The notes under the pieces are model-generated. The model did not search any database and was not told the origin of the DNA. It saw nothing but the letters and a program-made list of their open reading frames with translations. Below are positions 59,819 to 64,000 of a stretch of 64,000 nt of DNA, in pieces (position 1 is the first letter of the stretch; each line of letters begins with the position of its first letter). This DNA comes from Zootoca vivipara. Its lineage: Eukaryota. The position numbers and the translations under genes were made by a program. The stretch is from NCBI RefSeq assembly GCF_963506605.1, contig NC_083285.1, positions 36,642,001 to 36,706,000 on the forward strand, in the 5' to 3' direction.

Positions 59819-60165
59819 CAGGGGTGTAGCTAGCTTCTCCGGCACAAGGCACAGCACAGGGGCGCTGTGACAATCCACGCATGAGGGAGTACCACACAAG
59901 GGCGCCACGGTGATCTGCTCAGGGGGGCAGCACGGCAAGCTGACCAAAGAGTCTGCCTGGCGGATGCAAGCCCCACGCTGCCGTTTCGGGCAGTGCGGGG
60001 CTCTGAGCCACCGCGTCACTCCCAGAAGAGTCTTGTGGCTTGGGCACCCTGCAGGCTAGGCCCCGCAGTAAGTGCCGCCCCCCCCCCAAGTGTGCCATTT
60101 TGTCACCTCCCTCAAGGATGACACCCAGGGCAGACTGCATCCCCCCACCCCTTCCTACGCCCCTG
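59819..60165. mobile_element. GC-rich hAT-type non-autonomous element nested in an older SINE
   Basis: TIR CAGGGGTGTAG / CTACGCCCCTG. 8-bp TSD AGTCTAGC. Confidence 0.85.
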
Positions 60166-60356
60166 AGTCTAGCCCTCTAACAGCTACACTGAACTACAGT
60201 GGAACTGATTTTACAGTTGAATTATTGTCTCTTATTTGCTTGCAAACTAAAAGGCATCTGTATGAATGAGAGTCATTATAAACTTTTCCTCCCGAGAGAT
60301 GACTAATTCTCATACAGTAAAATGAAGGGAGAATGGAAAGGGACAACAATAGGGTA

Positions 60357-60533
60357 AAAGGGAAAGGTAAAGGTAAAGGGACCCCTGATCATTAGGTCCA
60401 GTCACGGAAGACTCTGGGGTTGTGGTACTCATCTCACTTTACTGACCAAGGGAGCTTCCAGGACCGGTCATGTGGCCAGCATGACTAAGCCGCTTCTGGC
60501 GAACCAAAGCAGTGCACAGAAATGCCGTTGTAT
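60357..60533 (-). mobile_element. Sauria SINE, 5'-truncated
   Basis: Same 3' portion and tail. Probable TSD AATAGGGTA (60348-60356, 60534-60542). Confidence 0.8.
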
Positions 60534-60588
60534 AATAGGGTAGAGACTGTACAGTGATGGCTTGGTAAACTTGGAATATGTGGGTTTA

Positions 60589-60895
60589 CAGTGGTACCTC
60601 GACTTACGAACGACTCGACAACCGAATTTTTCGACTTATGAATGGGGGTAATGGCCGCGCGCTTACGAATGTCTCGACATCCGGAAAAAAAACCGTGGCG
60701 GTTTTAGATAGGGATTTTTCGACTTACGAATTTTTAGATAGGTTTTCAGATAGATTTTTTGACTTACGAATTTTTCCATTTCCAATGCATTCCTATGAAA
60801 AATTGCATTTCCAATGGCGTTTTTCGACTTACGAATTTTTCAACTTACGAAGGTGCCTTCGGAACGGATTAAATTCGTAAGTCAAGGCACCACTG
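60589..60895. mobile_element. Tigger-like MITE with internal GACTTACGAA repeats
   Basis: TA|CAGTGGTACCTCGACTTACGAA ... TTCGTAAGTCAAGGCACCACTG. Confidence 0.85.
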
Positions 60896-62439
60896 TGCAT
60901 CAGATATGTTGTATTCCTTTTTGCAGGGAAAGAAAGAGACATGGGGAAAGGGTTCTGGTAATAACTGGTAATTTTCAGACAACTGCTCATCTCTTATTAT
61001 CTGATTTATATACACACACATACACACATCCTTGAAGATACCCTTCACTTAGAGCCTTGGGGTCTCTTAACTTTAGGTTTTATCTTGGGCTAAGTGATCC
61101 AGTGGCCTCAGACTCATCACCCTAGTACTATTATTGTTCTGTACTGTGGATGGATGAACTTGGATGTTCATGGTTACTATGTTTTCGATCATCCCTGTTG
61201 AAGGAGAAAGGGCAACTTAAATGTGGATAAATGTTTATGTTGTTTTAAGGAGGATAGTTACATTTCAGTAAGAGTTCAGGAAGGCCTTTTGTGATAGAGG
61301 ACAGTGTCCTGTCAACAGCGTTGAAATAAGATTTAGCAGCCAGTCCATTTTTCTTGTTTAGGTGGAATTGGGGTGGTGGAGGGGGCAAGCAGAAAAATGT
61401 CTTTGGCCAGCTCCACTGACAGTTTTCTAGCATGGATGTTAAATCAATACTCCCTGTTTTGGGGATAGATTTATGAACAAGGATGACATACTGTAATCCT
61501 TAACAAGTTTCTGTTACACAATCCTTGAGGTTACGTAGATTGTAACCTTGAATTACTTTCAAGATGTTTATGGGAACATTTTTAATAATAATAATAATAA
61601 TTTGATTATTTCACTTAGAATAATTTCTTTCCCCTCTGTCTCTGTTGATGTGACTCTTCATAATTGCAAAGTACGGCTAACAGAGTTTCCAGCTAGGTTT
61701 GGAGTGTTCGCTGGTCTGTATTGATGTTGGTCAGTTATCAGGCCTGGCTAAGAGTTGGGAGTGGGTGGTGGTGAATAGGCTGGGGCAAATAATACTATAA
61801 TCCCACAGCCTCTTCCTAGTCCCATAGCCATAGTTAGTGCCCATGCCTGTGTTATTCTTGCACAGTTGTACAATTTTGGGGGGAAGAGTAGGAAAAGCCT
61901 AGTTTGTTTATATTATTTTATTTTTCCACTACGTGGGACACCTTGTGTTTGTGGACAGAAAGGTAGTTAAATACGTTATTCAATAACTAATCTACTTCTA
62001 ATGATTTGTACAATCCCTGTTGCAACCCAGGGTTAGCCAGCTGGCAGCATAGAGTGGGAATTTACTACCAGCGCAATTTAATCTGGCCTCTGGTAACCCC
62101 TTCGTATATTAAAGAGATTGTCCAATTTCACTAAGGTGGAAAAGAACATCATCAAAAGATGTGTACATTTTAAAATGTTTCATCTTTTTTTACTGTGTCA
62201 TCTATGCAATGCACAGGGAGCCCTGCGCAGTGCAGATTCCTCTTTCGAACTCTGCAGGAGTCAGCCATCGAACTGCACCGCACTGGACTCCCCGTCTGGC
62301 CTCACACGTGTGTCACGTGTATGGCATCACATACTCACGACCCATGTCCCATGCAAGATGTCACACAAAGATGATGCACGCTGCCGCCCCACCCAAATCT
62401 TGTAGGCAAGACAGCCCCTCTGCTTCCACCTAAATCTCC

Positions 62440-62830
62440 TCCCTGGACAGCTGTTTTCCCAGCCGCCTTAAACTCCATCATGGAGGCCCCCCCCCCCGTG
62501 TTCTCTGTGCTCTTTGCTCTTTGCTCTGTTACATGCAAAGCTCATCCACTGCCACACCTGCAGATGGGAAGGAGAAGTAGAGCTGTGTGTCATCAGCATA
62601 TTGCTAACAATGTACTCCAAAATTCTGGGTAATCCCACATAGTGGTTTCATGTAGATGCAGAATCTTGAGGAACTACATGTTGAAGTCTCCACAAGGCGG
62701 AAGAGCATGCCCCAAGCATCACTCTCAAAGGGCAGAACTGGAAAAAAGCAAATGGGGTGGCTGCTTATCAACCATCCAGCATCCTTTCTCTCTATTTATC
62801 TACCCATCAAGCTTTCATGGTGTAGTATAC
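62440..62830 (-). mobile_element. Decayed L2-like LINE RT fragment
   Basis: Minus strand encodes QYADDTQLYFS (~62570-62605) and IYMKPL (~62641-62660). No long ORF. Confidence 0.65.
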
Positions 62831-63366
62831 ATTTAGCAGTTGTTGTGCAAGCTTCTGGTGAAGCTCAATTCTTCACTTCTGTTTTTTAATTATTATAATA
62901 ATTAAGAAATAATACTTCCTGAGTACCCCAGAGCTGGAAGAAACCTTAGAAAGTAAGGTACATGGTATAATTTCAAAGATAAAATAGTTTTTTACTTAAA
63001 CCTGTTTATAAAATTACAGTGCGAATTTTGTAAAGTGCTATGGAACGCTCCTTACCTGAGCCTTCATGTATCCGAAAGTTCTTGTCTAGATTCAAATCAT
63101 TCATGTTCCAGAGACAGCATTCCTGTTATAATGTACCTTTTGATTATTTATTTGACTTGGATGACCTCCCCAGGCTATTTAGCTAATAACCCCACCTTTT
63201 CTGGACTGCAATGTGCAATCTGCTTGTTAGCTTCAGTTAGTAACAAAGCTTGGATTTGTGGATTGCTAACCTTGTAATTTTAAGTACTGGTAGAGTTACC
63301 AGGGTCTATTCCTATAGGAAGGCTGCATGTACATAGGATTTGGAAGCAATAGCTTTCTACCACAGT

Positions 63367-63557
63367 CATGGGAGCCAACTTCTAGAGGCTGTGGGGGCTT
63401 CAGCCACCACAATAAAATATTTGAGGGGGCTGGGCCCCCCACAGAGTTGATGGGCATTCCCATTCAAATGGTGTGTGTGCACTGCATCATGTGATTGATT
63501 ATGTGGGGTGGGGCTTACCTGGGCCACCACAATATTCTATTCAAGTTGGCACCCCTG
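63367..63557. mobile_element. hAT-type MITE (decayed)
   Basis: TIR CATGGGAGCCAACT / AGTTGGCACCCCTG. TSD degenerate. Confidence 0.6.
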
Positions 63558-64000
63558 ATCTCAGCTGTTCCCCAGCAACTGGTATTCAGAGGTATTCGTC
63601 CATAGTTGGGGTTCAGTTTTGCTATAGTGGCTGTTAGTACTACTAACAACTACTTGTGTAGTTCCCCTTCAAAGACACCTATTAGAACATGTGGTTTGGC
63701 TGTCTTGGCTTCTTAATGTATTTTTGCATTTAATGAAGGGTCTGACTCTGTTGGGTGTTGCAGCCTCCTTTTGAGGTTCTGAACAGTCGACAAATGCACA
63801 TACACAGTGTTTTCTATTTTAATTATTTTCCTGGAAAAACTCAAGCAGACTGCTGTGTGGTATTTACAGCGAGAGAGAAATGCTATATGCAGAACATTAT
63901 TCCATCCCAAAAATTTGAAAAGGAAAGAAAGATTCTGATTTTGTGCCTTGCATAGAGTTAGTATAATCAGATTCTATGAGGGATTCTCAAATGTTGTTCT

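Noticed and set aside
60589-60895. Spaced GACTTACGAA repeats resembling a CRISPR-like array
   Set aside because: Short, irregularly spaced internal copies of the MITE TIR motif in a eukaryotic locus, with no cas genes.

Overview
Vertebrate genomic DNA, almost certainly a squamate lizard (probably lacertid, inferred from the Sauria SINE, RTE-BovB and tRNA/CR1-tail SINE content). It covers the conserved amniote block UBE2N(-) / MRPL42(+) / SOCS2(+) / CRADD(+). Present are UBE2N coding exon 1 (the rest lies left of the window), the complete MRPL42 CDS (5 coding exons, 147 aa), the complete SOCS2 CDS (2 coding exons, 201 aa) and the CARD-coding exon of CRADD (the death-domain exon lies right of the window). 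The MRPL42-SOCS2 interval holds two young LINEs about 330 bp apart on the minus strand, each with an uninterrupted EN-RT ORF and a perfect TSD: a near full-length RTE-BovB and a 5'-truncated L1. The rest is rich in SINEs, hAT and Tc1/mariner-type MITEs with readable TIRs/TSDs, one solo LTR and microsatellites. I found no unambiguous new biological system. The best leads are the intact LINE pair and a possible antisense transcript running through it, the E-box + tandem STAT5 element at SOCS2, MITEs carrying the same ZNF143-type motif as the local promoters, and a CpG-rich hAT element in CRADD intron 1. Coordinates were counted by hand; repeat family names come from recognition, not database searches.
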